From positions 65,919 through 129,918 of the forward strand of contig QHSL01000062.1 in the NCBI GenBank assembly GCA_003220435.1: a stretch of DNA of 64,000 nucleotides, read 5' to 3'. Below the pieces are notes generated by a model, which saw only the letters and a list, made by a program, of their open reading frames with translations, had not been told where the DNA came from and did no database searches. Shown here piece after piece: positions 48,322-58,563 of the stretch. The DNA is from Candidatus Rokuibacteriota bacterium (GTDB lineage Bacteria; Methylomirabilota; Methylomirabilia; Rokubacteriales; CSP1-6). Made by a program: the position numbers and the translations under genes. Numbering within the stretch: position 1 is the stretch's first letter; each line of letters starts with the position of its first letter.

Positions 48322-49542
48322 ATGGCGTCCTCCGAGATCGAGTGGCTCGACGGCGGTGTCACCGCGGTGCCCGGTATCCTCGCCGGCGGCGTGGTGGCCG
48401 GCATCAAGCCCAGCGGTAAGAAAGACCTCGCGCTGATCTACTCCTCGTCGCCGGCACGCGTCGCGGCGGTCTTCACCTCGAACCAGGTCAAGGGCGCCCC
48501 GGTGCTGGTGTCGCGCGAGCACGTGCGCGGCGGCCAGGCGCAGGCAATCGTGGCGTCGAGCGGATGCGCGAACGTCTGCACGGGCGAGCGTGGGATCAAA
48601 GACGCGCGCGAGATGACGAAGCTGGTCGGCGAGCTGCTACGGATCCCGCCCACACACGTGCTGGTTGCCGCGACCGGCGTGATCGGCGTCCCAATGCCGA
48701 TGGACAAGATCCGCGCCGCGCTGCCCAAGCTGGCGAAGTCGCTCTCTCCGCAGGGCGGTCGGAGCGCGGCCGAGGCGATCATGACCACCGACACCCAGGC
48801 GAAGGAGGCGGCATTGCGTCTCGACGTCGGCGGGCGGCCGGTGACGATCGGCGGGATCGCCAAGGGCGTCGCGATGCTCGAGCCGCACCTGGCCACGATG
48901 CTGTGCTTCGTCGCGACCGACGCTGTCATCGCGCGGCCCGCGCTCGACGCGGTGCTGCGCCGAGCCGTCGATCGGTCCTTCAACCGGGTGACCGTGGACT
49001 CCGACCAGTCCACCAGCGACACCGTGGCGGTGCTCGCGAACGGGCTGGCCGAGAACGCCCCGCTCGAGGCCGGGGCGCGCGGGCTCCGCCAGTTCGCGCA
49101 CGGCCTGGACGCGGTGACGACGAAGCTCGCGCGGATGCTGGTGGTCGACGGCGAGGGCGCCACCAAGCTCGTGAGGATCACGGTGCGCGGCGCAGCCAGC
49201 CGACGCGACGCGCTGCTGGCAGCGCGCAGCGTCGCGAACTCTCCGCTCGTGAAGGCCGCGATCAACGGCGCCGATCCCAACTGGGGCCGGATCATGATGG
49301 CGCTCGGCAAGTCGGCGGCCCGCGTGGAGCAGGACAGGGTCTCGATCGCGTTCGGCGAGGAGCGAATGGTCGATCACGGGATGCTGCGCGACGACGTGCA
49401 GCCGGAGCGTCTGCGTAAGATCATGGGACAGGCGGAATACGACATCACGATCGACCTGGGGATCGGGCGCGGCGAGGACCGCGTCTGGACCTGCGATCTC
49501 AGCGAGGAGTACGTGCGGCTCAACTCCAAGTACACGACGTAG
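48322..49542 (+). CDS. argJ: Bifunctional ornithine acetyltransferase/N-acetylglutamate synthase
   Basis: [52 protein letters not shown]. Confidence 0.95.
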   Translation: MASSEIEWLDGGVTAVPGILAGGVVAGIKPSGKKDLALIYSSSPARVAAVFTSNQVKGAPVLVSREHVRGGQAQAIVASSGCANVCTGERGIKDAREMTKLVGELLRIPPTHVLVAATGVIGVPMPMDKIRAALPKLAKSLSPQGGRSAAEAIMTTDTQAKEAALRLDVGGRPVTIGGIAKGVAMLEPHLATMLCFVATDAVIARPALDAVLRRAVDRSFNRVTVDSDQSTSDTVAVLANGLAENAPLEAGARGLRQFAHGLDAVTTKLARMLVVDGEGATKLVRITVRGAASRRDALLAARSVANSPLVKAAINGADPNWGRIMMALGKSAARVEQDRVSIAFGEERMVDHGMLRDDVQPERLRKIMGQAEYDITIDLGIGRGEDRVWTCDLSEEYVRLNSKYTT

Positions 49543-49550
49543 CTCACCAT

Positions 49551-49621
49551 CACACACGCCGCGCGCCATCGGTGGCGGCACCCGCCCGGGGGCGGGCCGC
49601 TGAGCGCGGCGGAGGCGAACC
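49551..49621 (+). ncRNA. rpsB leader (t44-like S2 autoregulatory RNA)
   Basis: CACACAC at the 5' end, GC-rich stems, and GGAGGC-N-AACC at the 3' end directly upstream of rpsB. Confidence 0.7.
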
Positions 49622-49634
49622 GAAGGAGGACCTT

Positions 49635-50393
49635 ATGGCGGCGTTGACCATGAAGGAGTTGCTCGAGGCCGGAGTGCACTTCGGGCACCAGACCAAGCGC
49701 TGGAACCCCAAGATGCAGAAATACATCTTCGGCGAGCGTAACGGCATCTACATCATCGACCTCCAGAAAACCCTCAAGAAGTTCAGGGAGGCGTACTCGT
49801 TCGTGCGCGACCTGGCCTCGGGCGGGGGCACGATGCTTTTCATCGGCACCAAGAAGCAGGCGCAGGAGACCGTGTTCGAGGAGGCGAGCCGCTGCGGGAT
49901 GTTCTACGTGAACCAGCGCTGGCTGGGCGGGACGCTCACGAACTTCGCGACGATCCGCAAGTCCATCACCCGGCTCAAGAAGCTCGAGGAGATGAAGGAG
50001 ACGGGCGAGTACGAGCGGCTGCCCAAGAAGGAGGCTCTCGAGCTCGACCGGGAGCGGGAGAAGCTCGAGAAGGCGCTGGTCGGCATCAAGTTGATGGATC
50101 AGCTCCCGGCGGCGGTGTTCATCATCGATCCCCGCAAGGAGAAGATCGCGGTGGCCGAGGCGCAGCGGCTCGGGATTTCGATCGTCGCGATCGTGGACAC
50201 GAACTGCGACCCAACCGGCATCGACTACCCCGTCCCGGGCAACGACGACGCGATCCGCGCGGTGCGGTTGATCACCTCGCGCATCGCCGACGCGATCAAC
50301 GAGGGGCGCGGCACGCTGGGTAAGGACGAGTCGGAAGCAGCACCGGAGGCGCAGGCCGAGGCCGAGATGGCCGTGGCCAAGGCGGAGGAGTAG
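49635..50393 (+). CDS. rpsB: 30S ribosomal protein S2
   Basis: [45 protein letters not shown]. Confidence 0.97.
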   Translation: MAALTMKELLEAGVHFGHQTKRWNPKMQKYIFGERNGIYIIDLQKTLKKFREAYSFVRDLASGGGTMLFIGTKKQAQETVFEEASRCGMFYVNQRWLGGTLTNFATIRKSITRLKKLEEMKETGEYERLPKKEALELDREREKLEKALVGIKLMDQLPAAVFIIDPRKEKIAVAEAQRLGISIVAIVDTNCDPTGIDYPVPGNDDAIRAVRLITSRIADAINEGRGTLGKDESEAAPEAQAEAEMAVAKAEE

Positions 50394-50396
50394 CGA

Positions 50397-51002
50397 ATGG
50401 CCTCCGCCGCCGAACTGGTCAAGCAGCTCCGCGACCTCACCGGCGCGGGCGTGATGGATTGCAAGGACGCGCTGACGGCGACCCAGAACGATCCGCAGGC
50501 CGCGATCGAGTATCTCCGGAAGAAGGGCCTCGCCCAGGCGGCAAAGCGGTCACACCGCGAGACCCGCGAGGGCGCGGTCGGCGCGTACATCCATGCCGGC
50601 GCCAAGCTCGGGGTGCTCGTCGAGGTCGACTGCGAGACCGACTTCGTGGCTCGTACGGAGGGCTTCCAGCAGCTGGTCAAGGACCTCGGCATGCAGGTCG
50701 CGGCGGCCAACCCCGCGTACGTCGCCCGGGAGGATGTTCCAGGGGAGGTCGTCGAGAAGGAGCGCGAGATCTATCGCGGCCAGATGGCCGCCGAAAAGAA
50801 ACCGCCACAGGTGATCGACAAGATCGTGGAAGGCAAGCTCGAGAAGTTCTTCACCGAGCAGTGCCTGCTGGAGCAGCCGTTCATCAAGGATGCGTCGGGC
50901 AAGACTCGGGTCCGCGACCTCGTCGACGGCCTGAACGCCAAGACGGGCGAGCGGATCGTCGTCAAGCGGTTCTGCCGGTTCCAGATCGGCGAGGCCGGGT
51001 AG
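50397..51002 (+). CDS. tsf: Elongation factor Ts (short form)
   Basis: [39 protein letters not shown]. Confidence 0.96.
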   Translation: MASAAELVKQLRDLTGAGVMDCKDALTATQNDPQAAIEYLRKKGLAQAAKRSHRETREGAVGAYIHAGAKLGVLVEVDCETDFVARTEGFQQLVKDLGMQVAAANPAYVAREDVPGEVVEKEREIYRGQMAAEKKPPQVIDKIVEGKLEKFFTEQCLLEQPFIKDASGKTRVRDLVDGLNAKTGERIVVKRFCRFQIGEAG

Positions 51003-51003
51003 C

Positions 51004-51744
51004 GTGACGGCGGGCGCCGCCCCCGGCCGCCCGGCTTACCGCCGCATCGTCCTGAAGCTCTCGGGAGAGGCGCTCGCCGGGAGTCAGGGCTACGGGATCG
51101 ATCCGCCCGTGCTCGATCGGGTGGCCGGCGAGATTCGCGAGGTGTCGTCGCTCGGCGTTCAGGTCGCGATCGTCATCGGTGGCGGGAACATCTTCCGTGG
51201 CATCGCCGCCAGCGCGTCGGGGATGGATCGCGCGACCGCCGACTACATGGGCATGCTGGCGACCGTGATCAACGCACTCGCCCTCCAGGACGCACTCGAG
51301 AAGGCCGGCCTCCAGACGCGCGTGCTGTCGGCCGTCGAGATGCGGGCGGTGGCCGAGCCGTACATTCGGCGGCGTGCGATCCGCCACCTGGAGAAGGGGC
51401 GCGTGGTGATCTTCGCCGCCGGGACCGGCAACCCGTTCTTCACGACCGACACCGCCGGCGCCCTCCGGGCGGTGGAGATCGGCGCCGACGTCATCATCAA
51501 GGCGACCAAGGTCGACGGCATCTACTCGGCGGACCCCAAGCAGGATGCGCGCGCCCAGCGGCTCGAGCGGCTGACGTACATGGACGTGCTCAGCCGCGGG
51601 TTACAAGTCATGGACGCCGCCGCGATCTCACTCTGCATGGACAACAAGTTGCCGATCATCGTTTTCGACCTGACGCGACCCGGTAACATCAAGCGGATCG
51701 TCCTCGGCGAGGAAGTGGGCTCGATCGTATCGTCGGGAGGCTGA
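51004..51744 (+). CDS. pyrH: UMP kinase
   Basis: [35 protein letters not shown]. Confidence 0.97.
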   Translation: MTAGAAPGRPAYRRIVLKLSGEALAGSQGYGIDPPVLDRVAGEIREVSSLGVQVAIVIGGGNIFRGIAASASGMDRATADYMGMLATVINALALQDALEKAGLQTRVLSAVEMRAVAEPYIRRRAIRHLEKGRVVIFAAGTGNPFFTTDTAGALRAVEIGADVIIKATKVDGIYSADPKQDARAQRLERLTYMDVLSRGLQVMDAAAISLCMDNKLPIIVFDLTRPGNIKRIVLGEEVGSIVSSGG

Positions 51745-51745
51745 C

Positions 51746-52312
51746 ATGGCGGCCACACTACAGAGCGTGCTCAAGGAGGTCGAGGCGAAGATGTCGGGCG
51801 CTCTCGACGCGCTGGGGCGGGAATTCGCCGCGGTGCGCACCGGTCGCGCCTCCGCCGGTCTGCTCGAAGGGATCCGCATCGATTACTACGGGACGCCGAC
51901 GCCGGTGAACCAGATGGCGTCGATCTCCGTGCCGGACGCCAAGACCCTCGTGATCCAGCCGTGGGAGGCGAGCCAGCTCAAGGCCATCGAGAAGGCGATC
52001 ATGGCCTCCGATCTCGGATTGACGCCGATCAACGACGGCAAGATCGTCCGGCTCGCGATGCCGTCGCCGACCGAGGAGCGCCGCAAGCAGCTGGCCAAGA
52101 CCGTGCACAAGATCGCGGAGGAATCGCGCATCGTGGTCCGCAACATTCGCCGGGAGGCCAACGATCGGCTCAAGGCGATGGCCAGGGACAAGAAGGTCTC
52201 CGAGGACGAGGAGCGGCGCAGTCACGACCAGATCCAGAAGACCACCGACAAGTTCATCGCCAGGGTCGACGAGCTACTCAAGAAGAAGGAGCAGGAGATT
52301 TTGTCATTCTGA
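51746..52312 (+). CDS. frr: Ribosome recycling factor
   Basis: RTGRAS, DYYG, TEERRK, RNIRR, KKEQEI. Confidence 0.97.
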   Translation: MAATLQSVLKEVEAKMSGALDALGREFAAVRTGRASAGLLEGIRIDYYGTPTPVNQMASISVPDAKTLVIQPWEASQLKAIEKAIMASDLGLTPINDGKIVRLAMPSPTEERRKQLAKTVHKIAEESRIVVRNIRREANDRLKAMARDKKVSEDEERRSHDQIQKTTDKFIARVDELLKKKEQEILSF

Positions 52313-52334
52313 CGTTCCGTGAGATGACCGTCGT

Positions 52335-53081
52335 ATGACGCCGGCGCAGCGCGAGGCGGACCTGCTCGAGGCGGTGCGCGCGCAGCCGGTGCCAGAGCAC
52401 GTGGCGATCATCATGGACGGCAACGGGCGCTGGGCGACGCGGCGCGGCCTGCCGCGCGTCGCCGGCCACCACGAGGGCGTCAAGACCGCGCGGGCGATGG
52501 TCCGCGCCGCGGACGCGCTCGGGCTGCGCTACCTCACCCTGTACGCGTTCTCCACCGAGAACTGGAGCCGCCCCGAGGAGGAGGTCTCGACGCTCATGAG
52601 CCTCCTGGAGCGCGCGATTCACTCCGAGCTGCCGGAGCTGATGGAACGCAGGGCCCGCCTGCGGGTGCTGGGCCGGACGAAGGGGGTGCCGGCGGCGGTG
52701 CGCCGCGGCATCGATCACGTGGTGCACGCGACGCGGGAAAACACGGGGTTGAACGTGCTGATGGCGTTCAACTACGGCGGGCGCGACGAGCTGATCGACG
52801 CGTTCCGCGCGCTCGCGCGCCAGGTCCAGGTGGGCGAGCTCCGGCCCGAGGATATCTCCGAGAAGGCGATCAGCGAGGCGCTCTATACCGGGGACATTCC
52901 TGATCCGGATCTCCTGATCCGGACCAGCGGCGAGATGCGGATCTCCAACTTTCTCCTGTGGCAGATTGCCTACACCGAGCTGTGGATCACGCCGACGCTG
53001 TGGCCGGACTTCACGCCGTCCGATCTCTACCGGGCGGTGGCGGAGTTCCAGGGCCGGACGCGTCGGTTCGGAAAGGTGTGA
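52335..53081 (+). CDS. uppS: Undecaprenyl diphosphate synthase
   Basis: HVAIIMDGNGRWA, YAFSTENWSRP, NYGGRDE, IRTSGEMRISNFLLWQ. Confidence 0.97.
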   Translation: MTPAQREADLLEAVRAQPVPEHVAIIMDGNGRWATRRGLPRVAGHHEGVKTARAMVRAADALGLRYLTLYAFSTENWSRPEEEVSTLMSLLERAIHSELPELMERRARLRVLGRTKGVPAAVRRGIDHVVHATRENTGLNVLMAFNYGGRDELIDAFRALARQVQVGELRPEDISEKAISEALYTGDIPDPDLLIRTSGEMRISNFLLWQIAYTELWITPTLWPDFTPSDLYRAVAEFQGRTRRFGKV

Positions 53082-53082
53082 C

Positions 53083-53949
53083 GTGGGCAAGGCCGGGGTG
53101 GCCAGTGTGACGATCCGCGATGCGATGGCCGGGATGCCGCCCGCGTGGCGACGCATCACGAGCGCGATCGTGTTGGTGCCCCTGTTCGTGTGGGTGACGA
53201 CGAGCGCCGCGACGTGGACCTTCCAGGCCCTCGTGATCGCGGCGAGCTTCCTGGCATGTCGAGAGCTGGCGCGGATGTTCGAGCGCACCGGACGCCCCAT
53301 CGACGTGTGGCTCTGCGTCGGCGTGGGTTCGGCGCTCACCGCGAGTTTCGCCACGAGCCTCTACGCTCCGACGCCGACGCCGGAGCTCGTCCTGGTCGTC
53401 GGCGGGATGCTGATCTTCAGCGCGCCGCTCTGGACGCCGGGACGTCCGGTGGTCGAGTGCACCGCCAATACGCTGTTCGGCGCCGTCTACGTCGGATGGC
53501 TTCTGGGCTACGCCATCTGGCTGCACAGGCGGCCCGACGGACCGGGACTCGTGCTGTTCCTGGTCGGCGTGACGTGGACGGGCGAGTCGGCGGCCTACGT
53601 GGTCGGGTCGGCGATGGGTCGCCACCGGATGGCGCCGCTGCTGAGCCCGGGCAAGACGGTCGAGGGCGCGGTCGCGCAGATCGTGGTGTCGGTCGCCGCG
53701 GCGCTGGTGCTGGGGCCGTGGCTCGTCCCCGGCTGCAGCACGATCGGCGCGGCGGGCGCCGGCATGGCCCTCGGTGTCATCGGACAGGTCGGAGATCTCG
53801 CCGAATCCGCCATCAAGCGGAGTATCGGGACGAAGGACACGGGGAGCTTGATCCCGGGCCACGGCGGTATGCTGGACCGGATCGACAGCCTGCTGTTCAA
53901 CGCCCCGGCGCTATACTTCTACTCGTTGTACGCTTGGTGCCGCGCATGA
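53083..53949 (+). CDS. cdsA: Phosphatidate cytidylyltransferase (start uncertain)
   Basis: Multi-TM protein with SPGKTVEG and GDLAESAIKR..KDTGSLIPGHGGMLDRIDS. Confidence 0.93.
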   Translation: MGKAGVASVTIRDAMAGMPPAWRRITSAIVLVPLFVWVTTSAATWTFQALVIAASFLACRELARMFERTGRPIDVWLCVGVGSALTASFATSLYAPTPTPELVLVVGGMLIFSAPLWTPGRPVVECTANTLFGAVYVGWLLGYAIWLHRRPDGPGLVLFLVGVTWTGESAAYVVGSAMGRHRMAPLLSPGKTVEGAVAQIVVSVAAALVLGPWLVPGCSTIGAAGAGMALGVIGQVGDLAESAIKRSIGTKDTGSLIPGHGGMLDRIDSLLFNAPALYFYSLYAWCRA

Positions 53950-55118
53950 AGCACATCACGCTGCTCGGTGCGACCGGATCGATCGGTCTGCGCACGCTCG
54001 AGCTCGTCTCGAGCTTTCCCGAGGAATTCTCGGTCGTGGGCCTGGCGGCGCGTGGATCGAACGTCGATCTGGTCCTGGACCTCTGTCGCAAGTACTCGCC
54101 GCGCGCCGTGGCCCTTCTGGACGGCGACGCGCGCGATCAGCTCGCCCGCCGGTTGCCGTCGCCGCAACCCGAGCTTCTCGCCGGCGCTGACGGGCTCGCG
54201 GCGCTCTCGCGTGACGTGGACGCCGACATCGTCGTCTCGGCGCTCGTCGGCGGCGTCGGGCTGCTCCCGACCATGGCCGCGATTCAGGCCGGTCGCACGG
54301 TGGCGCTCGCCAACAAGGAGACGCTCGTGATGGCCGGCCCGCTGATGACGGCGGCCGCGCGCGCGCGGGGCGTCAAGCTCCTGCCGGTCGACTCCGAGCA
54401 CAGCGCGGTCTTCCAGTGTCTGGTGGGCCACAGTCGATCCGACGTCCATCGGATCTTGCTAACGGCGTCCGGCGGGCCGTTCCGCGAGACGCCGAAGGAG
54501 CGGCTCGCCACCGTCACCGTCGAGGACGCCCTGCGGCATCCGACGTGGAAGATGGGCGCCAAGATCACGATCGACTCGGCCACGCTCATGAACAAGGGGC
54601 TCGAGGTCATCGAGGCTCGCTGGCTCTTCGACGTGGAGCCCGACCAGGTCCAGATCGTGGTGCATCCTCAGTCGGTGGTCCACTCGATGGTCGAGTACAT
54701 CGACGGCTCCGTGATCGCCCAGCTGGGGGTGGCCGACATGGGCGTGCCGATCCTCTATGCCCTCAGCTATCCCGAGCGCCGGCCGACGCCGGCGGCGCGG
54801 CTCGACCTGGCCCGCGTGAGGGAGCTCACGTTCTACGAGCCGGACCCCGACAAGTTCCCCTGCCTGCGCCTGGCGCGGGCCGCCCTCGAGGCCGGCGGGG
54901 CGGCGCCGGTGGTGCTGAACGCGGCGAACGAAGTCGCGGTGGCCGCCTTCCTCGACCGGCGTATCGGCTTCACCGCCATCGCCGAACTCATCGAAGACGC
55001 TCTCGACCGCGTGCCGGCCGGTGAGCTTGGGTCGATCGAGGCCTGCGTGGCGGCCGACGCCGCGACGCGCCGCTCCGTGCAGGGGGCGATCGAGAAGGGA
55101 TCGAGACAGCCGGTGTGA
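53946..55118 (+). CDS. dxr: 1-deoxy-D-xylulose-5-phosphate reductoisomerase
   Basis: LGATGSIG, LANKETLV, PVDSEHSA, HPTWKMGAKITIDSATLMNKGLE. Confidence 0.97.
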   Translation: MKHITLLGATGSIGLRTLELVSSFPEEFSVVGLAARGSNVDLVLDLCRKYSPRAVALLDGDARDQLARRLPSPQPELLAGADGLAALSRDVDADIVVSALVGGVGLLPTMAAIQAGRTVALANKETLVMAGPLMTAAARARGVKLLPVDSEHSAVFQCLVGHSRSDVHRILLTASGGPFRETPKERLATVTVEDALRHPTWKMGAKITIDSATLMNKGLEVIEARWLFDVEPDQVQIVVHPQSVVHSMVEYIDGSVIAQLGVADMGVPILYALSYPERRPTPAARLDLARVRELTFYEPDPDKFPCLRLARAALEAGGAAPVVLNAANEVAVAAFLDRRIGFTAIAELIEDALDRVPAGELGSIEACVAADAATRRSVQGAIEKGSRQPV

Positions 55119-56488
55119 GCACATTGACCACGATCGCCTCGTTCGTCATCGTCATCGGCATCTTGATCCTCGTCCACGAGCTGGGGCACTTCGCGGTGGC
55201 GCGCTGGACGGGCGTGGGGGTCGAGCGCTTCTCGATCGGCTTCGGTCCCGTGCTGGCGCGCTGGCGCGGATCCGAGACGGAGTACTGCCTCTCCGCGATT
55301 CCGATGGGCGGCTACGTCAAGATGGTCGGAGAGGAGAACCCGCTCGAGGGAGGCGGCGCGCCGGTCTTCGATCCGGCGAAGGCATTCGCGCTGAAGCCGC
55401 TATGGGCGCGCTTTCTGATCGTGTTTGCCGGGCCCGGAATGAATCTGGTCCTGGCCGTGGTGATCTTCGCCGCGGTGCTCGCCAGCATCGGCCGGCCGGT
55501 GTGGCCCGCCGTCATCGGGCGTGTCGCCGACGAGGGCCCCGCAATGGCCGCCGGGCTTCGCGCCGGCGACACCGTGATCGCCGTCGACGGTCACCCCCTC
55601 GCGTATTGGGAGGATCTCGACCGCGCGGTCGCCGGCTCCAACGGCCGATCGCTCCAGTTGACGGTGTCGAGCGGCAGCGATCAGCGCACCGTCGCGATCA
55701 CGCCGCGGCGAATGACCACGCGCGATCCAATCTTCAAGGAAGCGCGCGAGGTCTGGGATGTTGGGGCGGGCCCGCAGCTGACACCGCAGATCGGCTCGGT
55801 CACCGCCGGCTCACCCGCGGAGCGGGCTGGCCTCCGGGTGGGTGACGCGGTCGTAGACGTCGCGGGCCAGCCCGTGTTCACGCCCGAAGAGCTGATGCAG
55901 GCGATCCAGAAGCGCGGTGGGCAGACCTTCACGATCACCGTGCAACGCGGGGAGCGTCGCGAGACCATGAACGTCACCGCGACCGCGGTGAAGGAAAAGA
56001 ACCCGACCGGCCAGGAGGTCGAGATCGGCCGCGTCGGCGTCGGCATCGTCACCAAGGTCGTGCGGTACGAGCCGTACGGCGCCGTCGCGGCGGTCGGCCA
56101 GGGCGCGCTCAAGACCTGGGACATGACGGTGCTGACCGCCAAGGGCCTCTGGAAACTCGTGACGCTCGAGCTTCCGCTCTCGAACCTCGGCGGGCCGATC
56201 CAGATCGCGGCCGAAGGCGAGCGCCAGCGGAGAGAGGGACTGCCGTCGCTGGCCCTCTTCACCGCGGTCATCAGCGTGAACCTCGCGGTCCTCAACCTGC
56301 TGCCGGTGCCGATGCTGGACGGCGGGCACCTGCTCTTCTTCGTGATCGAGGGCGTGCTCGGGCGCCCGGTGTCGCTCAAGAAGCGCGAGGCCGCTCAGCA
56401 GCTCGGGCTGGTTCTTCTCCTGCTCCTGATGGTGTTCGCGATTTACAATGACCTGGTCCGGATCGACGCGTTCAAGTTCTTCAAATAG
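55115..56488 (+). CDS. rseP: RIP metalloprotease RseP
   Basis: HELGH, two PDZ-like regions, NLLPVPMLDGG. Confidence 0.95.
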   Translation: MSTLTTIASFVIVIGILILVHELGHFAVARWTGVGVERFSIGFGPVLARWRGSETEYCLSAIPMGGYVKMVGEENPLEGGGAPVFDPAKAFALKPLWARFLIVFAGPGMNLVLAVVIFAAVLASIGRPVWPAVIGRVADEGPAMAAGLRAGDTVIAVDGHPLAYWEDLDRAVAGSNGRSLQLTVSSGSDQRTVAITPRRMTTRDPIFKEAREVWDVGAGPQLTPQIGSVTAGSPAERAGLRVGDAVVDVAGQPVFTPEELMQAIQKRGGQTFTITVQRGERRETMNVTATAVKEKNPTGQEVEIGRVGVGIVTKVVRYEPYGAVAAVGQGALKTWDMTVLTAKGLWKLVTLELPLSNLGGPIQIAAEGERQRREGLPSLALFTAVISVNLAVLNLLPVPMLDGGHLLFFVIEGVLGRPVSLKKREAAQQLGLVLLLLLMVFAIYNDLVRIDAFKFFK

Positions 56489-56496
56489 GACGGGGA

Positions 56497-57594
56497 ATGA
56501 TCACACGGCGGACGACGAGGCAGATCCAGCTCGGGGGCCTCAAGGTGGGCGGTGGGGCGCCGATCACCGTGCAGTCGATGACGAAGACCGACACGCGCGA
56601 CGTCCAGGCGACGCTGCTCGAGATCTGGTCGCTGGAGGCGGCGGGCTGTGACGTGGTCCGGTGCGCGGTTCCGGTCCGGGAGGCCGCGGAGAAGCTCGCG
56701 GAGATCAAGCGCCAGATCCGCATCCCGCTGGTCGCCGACATCCACTTCAACTACAAGTTGGCCCTCATCGCGCTCGAGCAGGGGGTCGACGGCCTCCGGC
56801 TGAACCCGGGGAACATCGGCGGCAAGGGATTCGTCCAGGAGGTCGTCAACGTCGCCAAGGACAAGCGCATCCCGATCCGCATCGGCGTCAACGCCGGATC
56901 GCTGGAGAAGGACCTCCTCGCGAAGCACAACGGGCCGAGCGCCGAGGGCATGGTCGAGTCGGCGCTGCGTCACATCCGGATCCTCGAGGACCTGAACTAC
57001 CCAGAGATGAAGGTCTCGCTGAAGGCCTCCGATCCGCTCATGATGATCGAGGCCTACCGGATGCTCGCCGATCAGGTCGACTACGCCTTCCACCTCGGCG
57101 TGACCGAGGCCGGCACCCCGGGAGTCGGCACGATCAAGTCGGCGATCGGGCTGGGCGCGCTCCTGTCCGAGGGGATCGGCGACACGATCCGCGTCTCGCT
57201 CTCCGCCGATCCGACCGAGGAGGTGCGCGTCGGGATCGATATTCTGAAATCGCTCGGTCTGCGACGCGGGGGCCTCACGTTCGTCTCGTGCCCGTCGTGC
57301 GGTCGGGCCGACGTCGACCTCGTGAAGCTGGCGAAGGAGGTCGAGGACGAGTTCAAGGGACTCAACGAGGAGATTCACATCGCGGTCATGGGGTGCGAGG
57401 TCAACGGTCCGGGCGAGGCGCGCGCCGCCGACATCGGCGTGGCCGGGGGACGTGGGATCGGCCTCATCTTCAAGAGCGGCGAGGTCATCCGCAAGGTGCC
57501 CGAGAAGGATATCGTCCAGGCCATGCGCGAGGAAGTCGACAAGTTCATCACCGAGCGAAAGGCCGCGAAGGCGGCGGCGGTGGAGGGGCACTGA
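56497..57594 (+). CDS. ispG: (E)-4-hydroxy-3-methylbut-2-enyl-diphosphate synthase
   Basis: VQSMT, VADIHF, RLNPGNIG, HLGVTEAG, SCPSCGR, AVMGCEVNGPGE. Confidence 0.97.
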   Translation: MITRRTTRQIQLGGLKVGGGAPITVQSMTKTDTRDVQATLLEIWSLEAAGCDVVRCAVPVREAAEKLAEIKRQIRIPLVADIHFNYKLALIALEQGVDGLRLNPGNIGGKGFVQEVVNVAKDKRIPIRIGVNAGSLEKDLLAKHNGPSAEGMVESALRHIRILEDLNYPEMKVSLKASDPLMMIEAYRMLADQVDYAFHLGVTEAGTPGVGTIKSAIGLGALLSEGIGDTIRVSLSADPTEEVRVGIDILKSLGLRRGGLTFVSCPSCGRADVDLVKLAKEVEDEFKGLNEEIHIAVMGCEVNGPGEARAADIGVAGGRGIGLIFKSGEVIRKVPEKDIVQAMREEVDKFITERKAAKAAAVEGH

Positions 57595-57926
57595 TGGGAC
57601 AGTACGAGAACCACGTCTTCGTGTGCACGTCCGGCGACTCGTGCCCGACCCAGGGCAACGTGGAGCAATTCGTCAAGTACCTGCGCGACGAGGCCGTGAA
57701 GGCCGGCCTCAAGACCGACGTCCGGATCAACAAGGCCGGATGCTTCTCGCAGTGCGGCCATGGCCCGATGATGGTCGTCTACCCCGACAACGTGTGGTAC
57801 GCGGGGGTGCAGGAATCGGATCTGCAAGAGATCTTCGAGTCCCACATCAAGGGCGGCAAGCCCGTGGCGCGCCTGATGTACGAGCCGGGGGTCAGGGGAG
57901 CCAACAAGAAGCCGGGTTACAAGTAG
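57594..57926 (+). CDS. Thioredoxin-like (2Fe-2S) ferredoxin
   Basis: HVFVCT...SC...RINKAGCFSQCGHGPMMVVYPDNVWY...SHIKGGKPV. TGATG-coupled to ispG. Confidence 0.9.
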   Translation: MGQYENHVFVCTSGDSCPTQGNVEQFVKYLRDEAVKAGLKTDVRINKAGCFSQCGHGPMMVVYPDNVWYAGVQESDLQEIFESHIKGGKPVARLMYEPGVRGANKKPGYK

Positions 57927-57982
57927 TCCCGGCGCATCCATCCCCTACCTTCCTCGCGGTGTCCCCACCGCGCGCCGATGCC

Positions 57983-58011
57983 TTGCCTCTGTCGATCGTA
58001 CGTGCTAAATT
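57983..58011 (+). promoter_or_regulatory. Sigma70-type promoter of rimP-nusA-infB
   Basis: TTGCCT-N17-TAAATT with extended TG. Confidence 0.6.
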
Positions 58012-58015
58012 CCTG

Positions 58016-58049
58016 AAAAAGTGGGCCTGGCCCGCTTTTTTTAGTTTTT
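58016..58049 (+). terminator. rimP leader attenuator hairpin
   Basis: aaaaagtgggc-ctg-gcccgcttttttt followed by a further T run, just upstream of rimP. Matches the known GGGC...GCCC rimP leader architecture. Confidence 0.8.
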
Positions 58050-58071
58050 GTGTCCGGTAGGAGTGAACACC

Positions 58072-58539
58072 GTGGAGGAAGCGCAAAGGGTGGCGTTGAT
58101 CGAGGAAGTGGTGGCGCCGGTGGTGGGTGATCACGGGCTCGAGCTCGTGGACCTCGAATGGCGCGGGCTGCGGCCGCGGGGCGTGTTGCGGCTCTTCGTG
58201 GACAAGCGCGGCGGTATCGGCATCGGCGAGTGCGAGCGCCTGAGCCGCGAGATCGGCGACGTGCTCGACGCCGCGGCCGTGATCGAGGGCGGCTACGACC
58301 TCGAAGTGTCGTCGCCCGGACTCGACCGGCAGTTGCGAAAGGAGCGAGAGTACCGCTGGGCGGTCGGCAAGCAGGTACGATGCTGGCTGGCCGGCGGCGA
58401 GGAGGTCAGGGGGCGGCTGACGGAGGTCACGTCTGAGCGGCTGGTGCTGGACCGCGAGGGCGAGCGCGTGGAGGTTGGACGAGCCGGCGTCACCAAGGCC
58501 CGGCTGGAGGCGGAGGTCCCCTGGCCCCGCAAGGCGTAG
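58072..58539 (+). CDS. rimP: Ribosome maturation factor RimP
   Basis: LELVDLEW, LRLFVDK, CERLSREI, YDLEVSSPGLDRQL. Confidence 0.93.
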   Translation: MEEAQRVALIEEVVAPVVGDHGLELVDLEWRGLRPRGVLRLFVDKRGGIGIGECERLSREIGDVLDAAAVIEGGYDLEVSSPGLDRQLRKEREYRWAVGKQVRCWLAGGEEVRGRLTEVTSERLVLDREGERVEVGRAGVTKARLEAEVPWPRKA

Positions 58540-58563
58540 AATCTCAGGCAGGTCAAGGAGTCG

